Shown: positions 37,751-50,050 of the stretch, piece after piece
Position numbering within the stretch: the stretch's first letter is position 1
Layout: the number at the start of each line of letters is the position of its first letter
Source of the DNA: Octopus sinensis
Taxonomy: Eukaryota
Direction of reading: 5' to 3'
Assembly: GCF_006345805.1 (NCBI RefSeq)
Contig: NC_043004.1
Coordinates: 93,000,001 to 93,064,000 of the forward strand
DNA length: 64,000 bases
Program-made: the position numbers and the translations under genes
Notes under the pieces: generated by a model
What the model was told of the DNA's origin: nothing
What the model saw: only the letters and a program-made list of their open reading frames with translations
Databases searched by the model: none

Positions 37751-38967
37751 GTGAGTGTCATGTTTAGGACAGTTGACCTGTAGGAAAGTACTGGCTTCAT
37801 TTAAGGTCACTAAAAAGTGACCTGTTGGAACCACTGTTCTAAGACTTGCAAGATCTCGAGCATATTCTGGTGACAATTCTGGGCATCATTGCTCATCTGC
37901 AGGCACTGTCTTCCCGAGTAAAAGTAAACTACGGAAAAATTGTTTATCGGAAAAATAAACTGTTTTATTGAATTTTCTTTTATTTTAAACACTTCAGCCA
38001 CCCCCATATTTGTATATTTAATGAAATGGTTGTTTGTTTAAATCATTCAAATATATATAATATATTCAAATTCTTCTCCTCGTGCACATGGGCAGTGAAA
38101 TACACAGATAACCATAAGACACACCTGGTTACTGTCAGGTGGCAACTATCAATTACGCTATTCAGGTTCTTCCACTAAGTGTTTGTACAGTGTTTGACAT
38201 TAAGGAACTGTCAATAAAGTATACAATATGTGCAATAATACAATATACATACACGATTCAAATGGTGTATGTGAAACTGTAGCAGCTACTAACTATGCAT
38301 ATCGCTCACTTTCTGGCATTAGTATGTCACTGTTATTATAGGCTTATATGAACAGGAACAGTACTTTACACTAGGCAATGTAATCAAACACTTGTAGTAG
38401 TAAAATTGGTGGTTTCACAACTAACTTATTTAAAATTTCTTAATCCAATAAAAGACCCATAAACTGAGTAATATAGAGAACAATTGAGGTCACTCCTAGA
38501 ATGAAGAAGGATGACGGATATACATGAGAAGGTTGGGTGTGAGTTTTTGTATGGTGTTATGTCCTGTCACATAATTTGAAGTGTAATATTTCAAATTTTG
38601 CCTGGTAACAGTGATATGCATGATCATAAAACCATAGCTTTCTTGTTTGCAAGCTAGTTATACTTTTCAACTGCATTTTCCAGTTTGTGTTATGATTGCT
38701 TGAGGTTTTTGTGAGTAAAAATATGGAAAAGGAGGGTTTCATTGGAGGACTGGAAGAAGCGCATGCATTTTCGATAACTGGGATGAAGCAGTACATATGC
38801 TCAGGCTAGCCTGATGGCTTGGTATCAGCATCATCTTCATCATCGTTTAACATCCGCTTTCCATGCTGGCATGGGTTGGACAATTTGACTGAGGACTGGC
38901 AAACCAGATGGCTGCACCAGGCTCCAATCTGATCTGGCAGGCTTTCTACAGCTGGATGCCCTTCTTA

Positions 38968-39007
<40 letters not shown>

Positions 39008-39921
39008 TAGTTATGTGTATGTAAAAACAGCTATATATGTATCTCATTTTATGCCAGTTTTTACACACTGGCAAGGGTTGGTTGGCATTACAGTTGAAGT
39101 CAGATGTTATTTCAAGTTACTGATTTGCTAGATTAATCAGAGACTACATCTTTTGTATGTTGAATTTTTTGGACTAATTTCTAAACCTCTTTGCTCTTTC
39201 ACATTATTGGTCAACCACCTTATTGTGTGTCCTTGGTGAATTTATCATGATATAAGCTCTAGAAAGGTTGTCTTGTCCTGGAAAGATTAAAGAGTCCTCT
39301 CTACGTAATGTTGATTAATTAGCATTAGAGAGTCACCTCTTTCCTGTAGTCTCTGCTTATTCTTCTCTTTCCTGCATAAGTAGATGAGACTGAATCTAGA
39401 GCTAGAGGGTAATAGAATACAGTGAAAGAGTAACAGCTTTATGATGGTTGTTGGTAAGGATATTGAATAGAAGCATGATTGTTGTGAGGGTGATAAGAAG
39501 AAAGGATAATGGAAGAGAATCAGAATGGTGTGAGTGAGAGTATTGGAAAAAAGAATGAGAGAGTGATAGTTAACCGCTTCATGGTTTTTGGTCAGAAAAT
39601 TAGCTACAAAGAACTCAAAAGAATGAGTTTTAAACATAACTACTTGACATCCTATCTTCTTAGGTACATCCACAATTGTGTGTTTGGTATAGAATTAGAT
39701 AAGGTGGTAGAAGAAAAGTGACAGTCATCAGAGAGAGAGAGAGAGAGAGAGAGTGAGTGGTGGTTGTCATTAATGAGTGATAGAGGAAAAAGTCATTTCA
39801 GAGTCTGTTGTGTCTGGGGAGAGTCATTTTCTTTTTGTACCTTATAATGTAACACACCCATTTCAGAGTGTTGGATAGCAATAAAGGTAGATGATAGTAT
39901 GATATGTATCTTATTTGCCAG

Positions 39922-39987
39922 GCTCAAGAGAAACAGAAAGATAAACAAATCTTGAAAATAGGAAAGAAAAGTGAATGTGATTCAGAG
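39922..39987 (+). CDS. ARFGEF1: Duplicated linker mini-exon copy 5 (66 nt, most diverged): AQEKQKDKQILKIGKKSECDSE
   Basis: cttatttgccag acceptor, GAG|gtgagt donor, open phase 0-0. Confidence 0.72.
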
Positions 39988-40661
39988 GTGAGTGTCATGT
40001 TTAGGACAGTTGACCTATAGGAAACTGCAGATTTTAGGATCACTATTCTTTATAAAGAAGTAACCTGATAGAACAACTATCATAGAGAGGTCATCTTGTA
40101 AAATACATCTGATATGGTCAGAAGACATTTTTGAACTTCTCTCATTTTTTGTGGTGACTCATGCAGACACTGGTGTACTAATGATGAACTTGTTTGTGTG
40201 TAGTGCTCAGGTACATTACTATGTGTAAGAAAAGGTTAAAAAAGGGACAGAAAGGATACATAAAGCCAAGAAGACATCAATGAAGGGTAGATGTTCACAG
40301 TACACAGAATAAAAGACAAAAGGATTGAAAAGGAACATAAAGAGGGAAAGCATGCATTGGTACATCAAGAATAATGTTGAATTTCCAGAAGCATCGAGTT
40401 TTGAAGGATGAGGTGTACTGAGAGCTGGTAACTGACACAAGCTGTTTCACTCTGTGTGTCAACAATTCTGAGTGCTCATGGGTGCTGTACTGTTTTTTGT
40501 TTTGTTCAAATTTTTTTAAGCATATTCACAAATCGTGAAGATATTGAATTCAGAATGGTAGCCAAAATTGTTTATTGAAAAAAATGAACTATTTTATTGA
40601 ATTTTAAATTTTAAACACATCTGCTTGAATTTAGATTTAATGAAGGAATCAGTTAAAATAT

Positions 40662-40715
<54 letters not shown>

Positions 40716-40729
<14 letters not shown>

Positions 40730-40985
40730 TAGAAAAAACCCACCTTTTATCAATTCATAATGAATAATTAAATTACACTATCTAGAAAATTACATATAAT
40801 AGAAAAATTAAAATAACAATTAAAATTACTTTTTAATTGTTATTTTAATTTTAACTTTTCTATTATATGTAATCTTCTAGATGGTGTAATTTAATTATTC
40901 ATTTTGAATTGATAAAAGGTGTTTTTTTTCTAATATTTTATATATATTATATTGTGTGGAATTTGATTTAGTATTTCTAAATTGA
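40716..40985 (+). repeat. AT-rich fold-back element (arms ~110 bp, 5-nt loop) plus tail, in (TA)n
   Basis: Arms 40716-40825 and 40831-40946, same family as 36.2 kb and 59.1 kb. Confidence 0.88.
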
Positions 40986-40987
40986 TA

Positions 40988-41038
<51 letters not shown>

Positions 41039-41040
41039 AT

Positions 41041-41284
41041 ATCACGTGACCGACCAGACCATCAGATGTTGTTACACATCGCTGGTCACAATGCGTTCGC
41101 ATTGTTTTAGCCTTCGAATGACGCCACCCCGCTGGCTAAGCGAGCAGGCCAACAGAAGAAAGAGTGAGAGAAAGTTGTGGTGAAAGAGTACAGCAAGGAT
41201 CACCACCCCTTGCCGGAGCCTCGTGGAGCTTTTAGGTGTTTTCGCTCAATAAACACTCACAACGCCCGGTCTGGGAATCGAAAC
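41041..41284 (+). mobile_element. GC-richer interspersed repeat, probably a third SINE family
   Basis: atcacgtgaccgaccagacc...gggaatcgaaac. Single copy in the window, recognised only by composition and a terminal tRNA-box-like motif. Confidence 0.45.
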
Positions 41285-42984
41285 TTCTATCATGCATTTA
41301 GGCAATGAAATAATAAACAGACATACATGGTTTGGCTTGTAGGTGACAGCTAAGAAGATGCTTGACCCTATTTCTACCAAGACTTAGTAGTATGTTCCAC
41401 ATTGAATAACTACTAATTAAATATACAAGATGTGCAAAAACACAGCAGATATGATCGCATAAAATGAGTATGCAGTCATATAACAGCTAATAACAATACA
41501 TACCTCTCATTTTCTGACACTTAGCTTGTAACTGACCTTATAAGTTTATGTGACAACAATAAATCTTTAAATGAGTAGCTTCTTTATAGCTTTAAAACTG
41601 TTAAATTGAAATCTAGACAGATTATATAATTACATACTTTTCATATAATTATTATAATTTGCAATTTTTTTTCACTCTAATCAGCCTACACAACTTAAAA
41701 TTTAATCTGTTCTATTAACTTGTTGCAGTTCACTTTACAGAACTAAAATCCAAACTGTATAACAGGAATAAATAATTTCATTTAAAATAGTAAATATCAT
41801 TAAAAATGATAAAACAGTGTGAGAAATTGAGAAATGAATTGTTTTTTAAGGCAACAATATGTATTAGGTGTACTTATTTGTTTGTGGGTATATATATATA
41901 TATATATATATGAAAAAGATTAACACAAAATGCACTTTATACCATTTGTTCTCTTGGCATGTTTCACCATTGTGGCTATTTGCATCTTTTTGCAGTGGGT
42001 GTTCATAGTACATTTAGGTGCAGATGCACAACAGCTCTTCAAGGAAACATGTTGACACACAGCAAACGTGTGTGTATGTGTGTATATATATTTCAGCTGT
42101 AAAAATCATGCCTTAACAGACACAGAAGTTTGGTGCTGGCTCCTGCCTGGCCAGCTCTTGTCAAACCATCAAACCCATGACAGCATGGAAGGTAGACTTT
42201 AAACAATGATAATATATATATCATCATCATCATAATTTTATGTCATTTTTAGCATTCTGGCATTGGTTTGATGGTATCGCAGTGCAAGTCAGTTGTTCTT
42301 TTGACTTGTATGCTGAATCTATTGACATGATTTTTGTAGCTGGATGCCCTGCTCATGACCAACCACGAGATTTTGTATTCTTGACACATTTAGTCATACC
42401 ACCAACCCTAGAAAGGTTATCTTTCTCCTGGCAAATTTAAACATTCTTCTTAATGTTGTCTCCATCAGCATCAAAGAGGTGGTCTTTGTCTCAGCAAGAC
42501 TATAGAAATTTACTTCTCTTTTCATTCTTTTCTTTACTGCTTTTGTGGAAGGGAATAGATCCAGCACTTGAGGGTGATTGAAGAAAGAATGATAGAAGAG
42601 AACTTGAGTGATATGAAGACGGAGGTAGAATAAAGTGAGTGATGGTTGTTGATCAAGATATTGACTATAAACAAGGCAAAGAATAAGCTTTGTATATAAG
42701 TAACATACTCTCTTTCTGGGCACATCCAGTATGTTTGGCTTAGCATTTGGTGAGATGGCATGAGAAAAGAGAAAGAGAGAGAGAGCAAGAGACAGGAGTG
42801 TTGGTAGAGAGAGTGATGGTTGTCAGTGAGTGGTAGAGGAGAAAGGGCAATGTGAATGAGTGAGATTGCTGCTGATAATGAGAGAGAGTGAGAGAGAAAT
42901 ATGAGAAAATGATGAATACCAATGTAGATAGATGATAGTAAGATATATATATATATATATATGTGCATGTATATTGTTTGCCAG

Positions 42985-43050
42985 GATCAAGAGAAACAGA
43001 AAGATAAACAAATTCCGAAAACAGAAAAGAAAAGTGAATCTGATTTGGAG
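42985..43050 (+). CDS. ARFGEF1: Duplicated linker mini-exon copy 6 (66 nt): DQEKQKDKQIPKTEKKSESDLE
   Basis: attgtttgccag acceptor, GAG|gtgagt donor, open phase 0-0. Confidence 0.8.
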
Positions 43051-44169
43051 GTGAGTGTCATGTTTAGGACAGTTGTCCTGTAGGAAAGCACTGATTTAAT
43101 GAAGCATCACTATCATTATAGAGAAGTAACTTGGCAGAATAATTGTCTTGTGAGGAAGTCATCTTGCAACATTTCTGACACAGATGGCATTTTTGGGTCT
43201 CTGTCATCTATTCTGGCGACACTTGGGGGATGCTGTCATCTTTTGTAGTGAACCTTGGGGATGCTGACTATTATAGTAACTTGTGGGGGCGTTGTCATCT
43301 GTTATGGTAAAACTTTATTTTATGAATCCTGAAGGGATGAAAAGTAAAAGTTGGCCTTGATGGGGTTTACACTCATAATGGAAAGAACCGGAACAAACAC
43401 CACAAGGCTTTTGTTTTTCTTTTCTTTTTAATGCTGTAGCAATTCTGTTAATCCACTGCCATAACAATAATAATGGTCACTCTTGTCAATATTGCTGTCT
43501 GAGTTTTTGAAGCAAAGAATATACAAAAAAAAAAAAAAGATTAAAAATAAAGAAGTTGCATTTATTTGGAATGGATGCATAAATGTAATCCAAGTTCAGG
43601 TATGGATTTTGCTATGAAGTCACAATGAGGTAAAATGATGATTTCAATTTTGCCTGGGATTGGACAATGATTAATGACTTTTAATTAAAGTCATACAGCC
43701 ACGGAATTGACTGGGACTGCAAAAAGATGAATAGTGAAGTTGGTCTCTTGCAGGATTTGAACAAAGTGATGTTATTAAATACCATAATGCATGTAATCTA
43801 TTATTGTAATTGTTCTGGCAGTCCACTCGCCTTCATTAGACACTTACTAGGTCACAAATTTGAGAGAGAGAGAAGTTAGAGTTGATTAAACTGCTGGTAC
43901 ATAATTTATCAACTCTGGCAAGATGACACGATCCTGGTAGGATTTGAACTTAGAACATTAAAGAAAGCAATGAAGTACAGCCCTGCTTTTTGGTGAACAC
44001 TTTTCTGGTCTCTCTCAAAATTATCTTGACTCTTTAGTTGTCTTCTCCTAAAATGTCCTCAGGTTTTGTTTGGTACTATCTTGGTTTGAAAAAGTATGAA
44101 GAATAAATGAAAAATAGTGGGGAAAAATATCGTGTGTGCAATCATCTAAATTGTCTTTCGTTTTTACAG

Positions 44170-44296
44170 GATACAAAAGAATCCAGTCCTGTATCACCAG
44201 ATAACAAGGAGAACTGTGCAGAGTCACCAGCTCCAGATAAAGAAACTGGGTCCACACCTCTGTCAGATGGGAATCAGAAAAGCTTGGAAAATAATT
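44170..44296 (+). CDS. ARFGEF1: ARFGEF linker exon (127 nt, phase 0 to 1): DTKESSPVSPDNKENCAESPAPDKETGSTPLSDGNQKSLENN
   Basis: ctttcgtttttacag acceptor, gtaag donor. S/P/acidic-rich like the disordered DCB-HUS linker. Supported by phase fit, not by conserved motifs. Confidence 0.8.
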
Positions 44297-44595
44297 GTAA
44301 GCTTTTCTTTTTTCATTTCATCATCATTTAGTGTCTGTTTATCCATGGTTGCAGGAGTTGGGTAGGTGTTCTTCAGCAGATCATTTCACTACTTTTTCAG
44401 CCTTTCTTCTTCAGATTTTTCCCCACTTGTACTGCTTCTTTCACATGTGTGTGTGTATATACAGTAATCCCTCACCATACCGTGGTTCTCCTATCACGGT
44501 TTATTATTTAAGCTTATGTTGATTCCTCCATTGTGATGTTTTGCATTTATAATAAGATATATACAAATGATAAAAATAAAATATATAGTACGGCT

Positions 44596-44868
44596 TCTGA
44601 CCTTGCCTGGCTTCTGTGCCGGTGGCACGTAAAAAGCACCATCCAAACGTGGCCGATGCCAGCGCCGCCTTGACTGGCTTCTGTGCCGGTGGCATTTAAA
44701 AAGCACCCACTACACTCACGGAGTGGTTGGCGTGAGGAAGGGCATCCAGCTGTAGAAACACTGCCAGATCAGACTGGAGCCTGGTGCAGCCTCCTGGCTT
44801 CCCAGACCCCGGTCGAACTGTCCAACCTGTGCTAGCACGGAAAACGGACATTAAACGATGATGATGAT
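44596..44868 (+). mobile_element. RTE family-1 3' UTR/tail copy
   Basis: Two gccggtggca..taaaaagcacc modules plus the shared tail ending acgatgatgatgat. Confidence 0.8.
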
Positions 44869-47800
44869 TACTGTTTCTACTCCATGGATTTTCACCTATT
44901 GTGGTGGGTTTGGAAACATAACACCTGCTATAGTCAAGAGACGACTGTATATATATATATTATATATATATATATCTCCATCCTTAAACATTTTGACACC
45001 TGAATGATTTCGTGTGGCAAGAAGCAGCATAGTAACAGTGGATCAACAAATTTCAGTAATTACTTCCATTTTCAATTATCAATGAATACACATATACACA
45101 TGAAGTCTTTTAGAAATACTTTAGTATATTAGTTAATATAGTTGTCCTGTATGCAACAGATACAGGGTTTGATTCTGCTCACTGTCTTATACATGAAAAT
45201 GTGTATTTAAGTTTTATTATATGACGTGTGGTTTTGTGTATATAAGTGTATTTTCATCATCACCTAATCTTTTCCACGTTCAGGATCTTGAATTTGAAAC
45301 ACTATTCCTTCAGATGCACACACAGAGAGAAAATAACACATCTTTTAGATTTTGATGGCTATGATATTTTTGTAGTACAAAATACATGTGAACACTGACC
45401 ATTAATGCAGACAACTAACCTGATCTATGTACGTAGCAGCACAATTGTATCAGGAACATCATTGATAAGAACTTTTAAACTTTACGTGGCATAAGAGGCT
45501 GGGATTGAATTCACAAGTTTGCATGTATCTGTAAGAATTGTAGCTGTTGGTAAATAGAAATGGGTCTGTTCAAAGTACTGTACTAATATTTTCATAAAAA
45601 CAAAAGAAACAAAGAAATTCAGTAGAGCCATTTCTTGTTTATAAGAAATAAATCCATTATCGACACTGTTCTTTTCTACAGCAATTAACACACACAAAGA
45701 ATTAGTGGGGGAAAATTGAATCAAATTCTAAAGCACCAACCTAGTTGCTTTGTAGTGACTAGTACCTCACTATTTTGATTTCAAACACAGTGAGCTGCCT
45801 ATTTCAGCATTTATATATGAATACCAATATAAGTAGACAGTGAGCTGGTAGAATTGTTAGCACACCAGGCAAAATGCTTTGAGGAATTTCGTCCATCTTT
45901 ACAGTCTGAGTTCAAATTCCACTGAGGTTGACTTTGCCTTTTTTTCCCAGGGTCGATAAAATAAGTACCAGTGGAGCACTGGGGTTGATGTCATTGGCTT
46001 AACTACTTCTGGGCAAGAGGATGCAACCTGCGGCCCTCTGCCAAGCCATGTCAAGCTAGTGTGGCAGAGTAGGCTCATCAAACCAATATGATCTCAAACT
46101 CGAATTCATGGTCTCCACATCAGACCGTGGTTGGTGGAGAGACCATGCTGAGGTCTGTCTTGCAGTAGACTGAACATAGGTGATCCAATCCAACCCATCA
46201 ATATAAAAATGAATTCTAAAGTGTGAAACCTAAACCAGGACACACTACTTTGTGTAAATACATCAGATTATCTAACACCAATATTACGATGAATGCTGAA
46301 GGAATGAACTTAAGATGTGATTAAGAAGCTCACTTTGTAAACATTTTTTTTCAGGTTCAGTCCCACAGCATGCCACTTTGGGCAGATGTCTTTTATTATA
46401 GGCCTGAGCTGACCAATGCCTTGTGAGTAAATCTTATAGGCAGAAACTGTATGGAAGCCAGTATCAGGACACAATTCTCTGGACAAATTTTAAACAAAAA
46501 TATCAACTAATGAAAATTTAAAAGTTCTTCGTAAAATTTCACTTTCCTATTTTCACTTTCCAATATTTTTATTGGAAAGAAAGAACAATATCCTGGGGGA
46601 TTTCGTCCTAGTACCATGAAAGCCTGTTTTGTGTATGTGTACATGCGCGCGTGTGTGTGTAACTGCCACCACCACTACTTGACAACTGGTGTTGGTTTGT
46701 TTACATCCCTACAAGTTAGCAGTTTGACAAAAGAGACTATAGGATGATTACCAGACTTATAAAAACATTAGTACTGGATTCAATTTATTTGACTGAACAC
46801 CCTTCAAGGTAGTTTGCCAAAATGGCTACAGTTCAATGGCTGAAACAAGTAAAAAATAAAAGATAAAAGTTTTTAATATACTTGAGTGATTTTGAAGACA
46901 AACAAATTTGACACTTTATCATTGGGTTTCTGATGTCATTTCTGTGACATAAGTTGTATGCAATACCTATAGAATTCCTCTATATTGATAAGATTGAATT
47001 TTTTGTTCTCAACAAAGTTTCCATTAATAGTCTTGTTGATGTACTCTTGTCTATTTTTAGACCTGGCCCAGTTTTTTTTTTTTATTATTATGGAAATGAT
47101 ATATGATAATCCAACAAAAATATAAAAGCACCTTAGCTTAGCTATGCAATTAATGTCAGTTCCCTTCTCTGTTTCATTGTTGAGTGGTTCGTGATTGTCA
47201 TGATCATCACTCAGCTGTAAAGGCCCAGACATTGAAAAGTAGATGTAAGTTTATATCTTAGGCGTCAACGTTTGTCTACGTTGAAACAATGTCCACATTT
47301 CTCAGTATATGTTTTCTTGTATTTGCACACAAATTTAAAATCATCCGTGGTGCCCCAGCATGGCCGCGGCCTTCGGGCTAAAACATTTTAAAGGATTTTA
47401 AGGATATTAATGCATGAAATAAAACAACCAGGGTCAAGTGCCTTGTAGGTAAACAGTTTATATTATACTGATATTTGTAATGGAGTACTAAGTACTCCCT
47501 TACTACTCCATTTCAACTATCAGTACCCCTGTCTCACTAATTCTCTCTCACACACAACCATTTTCATATTCAGAGGCTATTTGCACAATCTTGCGGGGAT
47601 TCATGCATAAATGTGTGTATTCATGTCTCCTTATCTTGACATCATGCACAAACTGTATACAAATGTCACTATATAAGTGCTGTTCACTTGCAATCTTCCA
47701 TGAAAACATGTCTGACTATTTTGTTGTACCTGTTCAAAGGACTAGCAGAAATATTATCTTGTTTAAAATTTATAACTAGGTGGTGCTTGGCTATAGAAAA

Positions 47801-48028
47801 TCTGCCTCAAAATTCCCCTCTAACTCACGGAAGTATGGACTATTGCATGCATTTAAATGAGGATGATGATGATATATCATGCACATTCACACATATACAC
47901 ATTCTTCTCTCTGCTCTCCTGCCTTAACATTCTTCCCTGTAGTCCCACCTATACCTCATAGGGGTACCATCATGACATCTGGCATGTATTGGACATTTTA
48001 ACCTGCAGGGGACCATCCTTTTCTAGGT

Positions 48029-48172
48029 TACTGCTCCACAACTTTTTTTCATTTGCGGTACACTTATATTCTTTTCAAAATTCGGCAGCACACCTGAACT
48101 AAAAATATAACTAAAAGTATAGGGAAAAAAATTATATTCAGGTTCCATTGACATACCAGTTGCAGAGCACTG
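48029..48172. mobile_element. Degenerate hAT-like MITE
   Basis: Imperfect TIRs tactgctccacaac / gttgcagagcactg, flanks ttctaggt / ctttaggt (6/8). Confidence 0.45.
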
Positions 48173-49231
48173 CTTTAGGTTTGAACATACTCCGTTTCTT
48201 TCAAGAAGCAAGTGTGTATGTAAGAGAGAGAGAGAGAGAGAGAAGGAGAATAGGAAGAATTGCTCCTAGTATTTGATTGGTACATTATTATTTGAACTGG
48301 AAAGGAAGAAAAACAAAGTTGATCATTGCAGTATTTGATCTCAGAGTGTAGAGAGCTAAGACAAATGCCGCAAAGCATGGTATCTGGTCCTTATGATTTT
48401 GCCAATTGACCTCTTATATATGTATAAATACACACACACCCATATATAGTAGATGTGGTCATAGCAAGAAAAATGTAATATATTTGTCACCTATCGCCTA
48501 CATTTGCTGTGACCATCACTGTCATTGCCTATCTCACCCTTCTCATTTCTATTCCAACATCTCTGTCTCTGCTGTCCGACTTTTGCTGCTTTTTCCCTCC
48601 CATTCTGGCTTTCTGTTGTACAAACTCCTCCTCAGTAACATTTCCTGAGCATAAGTACATGTTTTAGGCTCTTATATACTTACAGTATATAAACACCCAT
48701 CCACCTGTGGTTGTGTCATGATTGAAAACTCCTCTCTACATATTCTCTAGAGGAATCGGTGAGTGAGCAGAGGTGGGGTTGAGATGATCCATAGTCCAAT
48801 CTTGTCAAGGACTTTACGACATCCCTAATGCTGATGCCTTGAAAAATACACCCAGTCCTTTTTGTAAAATGAATTACAAACAAGTGAAGAAAGCGTGGTG
48901 TTGTGAGATCCCTTTAGTCCTGTTTTGTCAAGTATTTACAAACCTCTTTATTTCTAGTGCCACAAGAAAATGTATTTGGTACACTCTCTTGAGGGGTTGA
49001 TGATAAGATGGACATCTGGCCAAAGAAACCATACTGAACATAGAGACATTGTTTGAGTCCTGCTGGGGAACCTGTTTCTCATTTCTGATATAAACTGGTG
49101 CTTATAATATATAATTTCTTCATTGTGCAACCTATACTCATCTATTACTAATAAATATATCTGTGTGCACATGTGAAAATAGCCTTGTATTCTAATTTGC
49201 TGATCAATGGTGTTTTCTTTCTATTTTTAAG

Positions 49232-49321
49232 ATGAAACAGAAAAGAGTGAGAAAATAGAAGAAAATGGTAAGGTAATAGCTGAAGCTATACTGAATGACA
49301 TTCTGGATAAAGTTACAGGAG
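49232..49321 (+). CDS. ARFGEF1: ARFGEF linker exon (90 nt, phase 1-1): (Y)ETEKSEKIEENGKVIAEAILNDILDKVTG
   Basis: ttttctttctatttttaag acceptor, gtaag donor. The amphipathic helix resembles the one in the vertebrate BIG linker (BIG1 DIVQNIVEEMVNIVVG, recalled). Confidence 0.85.
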
Positions 49322-49614
49322 GTAAGCTTGTTTCTAACCCACCTTTCATTACCAGTTTCCCAACTTCTCATTTATTTATTTCTCTGTCCTTGAGATCATG
49401 TTACCTACCAGCTCAGCCAGGAATGTTTACCTCTCTATAATACAATATCAACTCATCACAGTCTTTCCATGGTGCAATGATACTTTCTCACCCAAAGTGT
49501 TCCTTTTCTAATTAAAATCTCAGCCAAAACTCTGTTGTTACTTGAATACTAATTGAAAAATTTCCATCACAGTTTTATTTTTGCATTAAGTTGTATTCCA
49601 AACACCAGTTTAAT

Positions 49615-50050
49615 TATCATCTTCATTTAATGTCTGTTGTCCATGTTGGCATGGGTTGGACAGTTTGACTGGGCTGGAAGGCTGCGCCAAACTCCAGTCT
49701 GATTTGGCATGGTTTTCTAGGGCTGGAGGCCCTTCCTAATGCCGACCACTCAGAAAGTGTAATGGGTGCTTTTACATGCCACTGGCACAGATGCCATTTG
49801 CGTGACACTGGTATCTGCCACGACTGCGATTTTGCTCAGTGTGATAGGTCTTCTCAAGCATGACATAATGCAAAAGATCTTGGTCATTGGCTCTGTGAGT
49901 CCCAACACTCAAAAGGAACTCGGCCACTTTGCCTCCATGAGGTCCAATGCTCAAAAGTAACTCAAGCACCTCGCTTCTGTGAGAGCTGCTCAAAAGAAAC
50001 TCAGCCAGCCATCCTCTGTGAGGCCCAACACTCAAATGGAACTCAGCCAC
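49615..50050 (-). mobile_element. RTE family-1 3' UTR copy with four ~40-bp internal tandem repeats
   Basis: Tail at 49615-49790. Units similar to tgtgaggcccaacactcaaaaggaactcagccac at 49894-50050. Confidence 0.7.

Noticed and set aside
45284-45350. Candidate exon after ttttccacgttcag
   Set aside because: In the required phase 1 it creates an immediate TGA, and there is no good donor.
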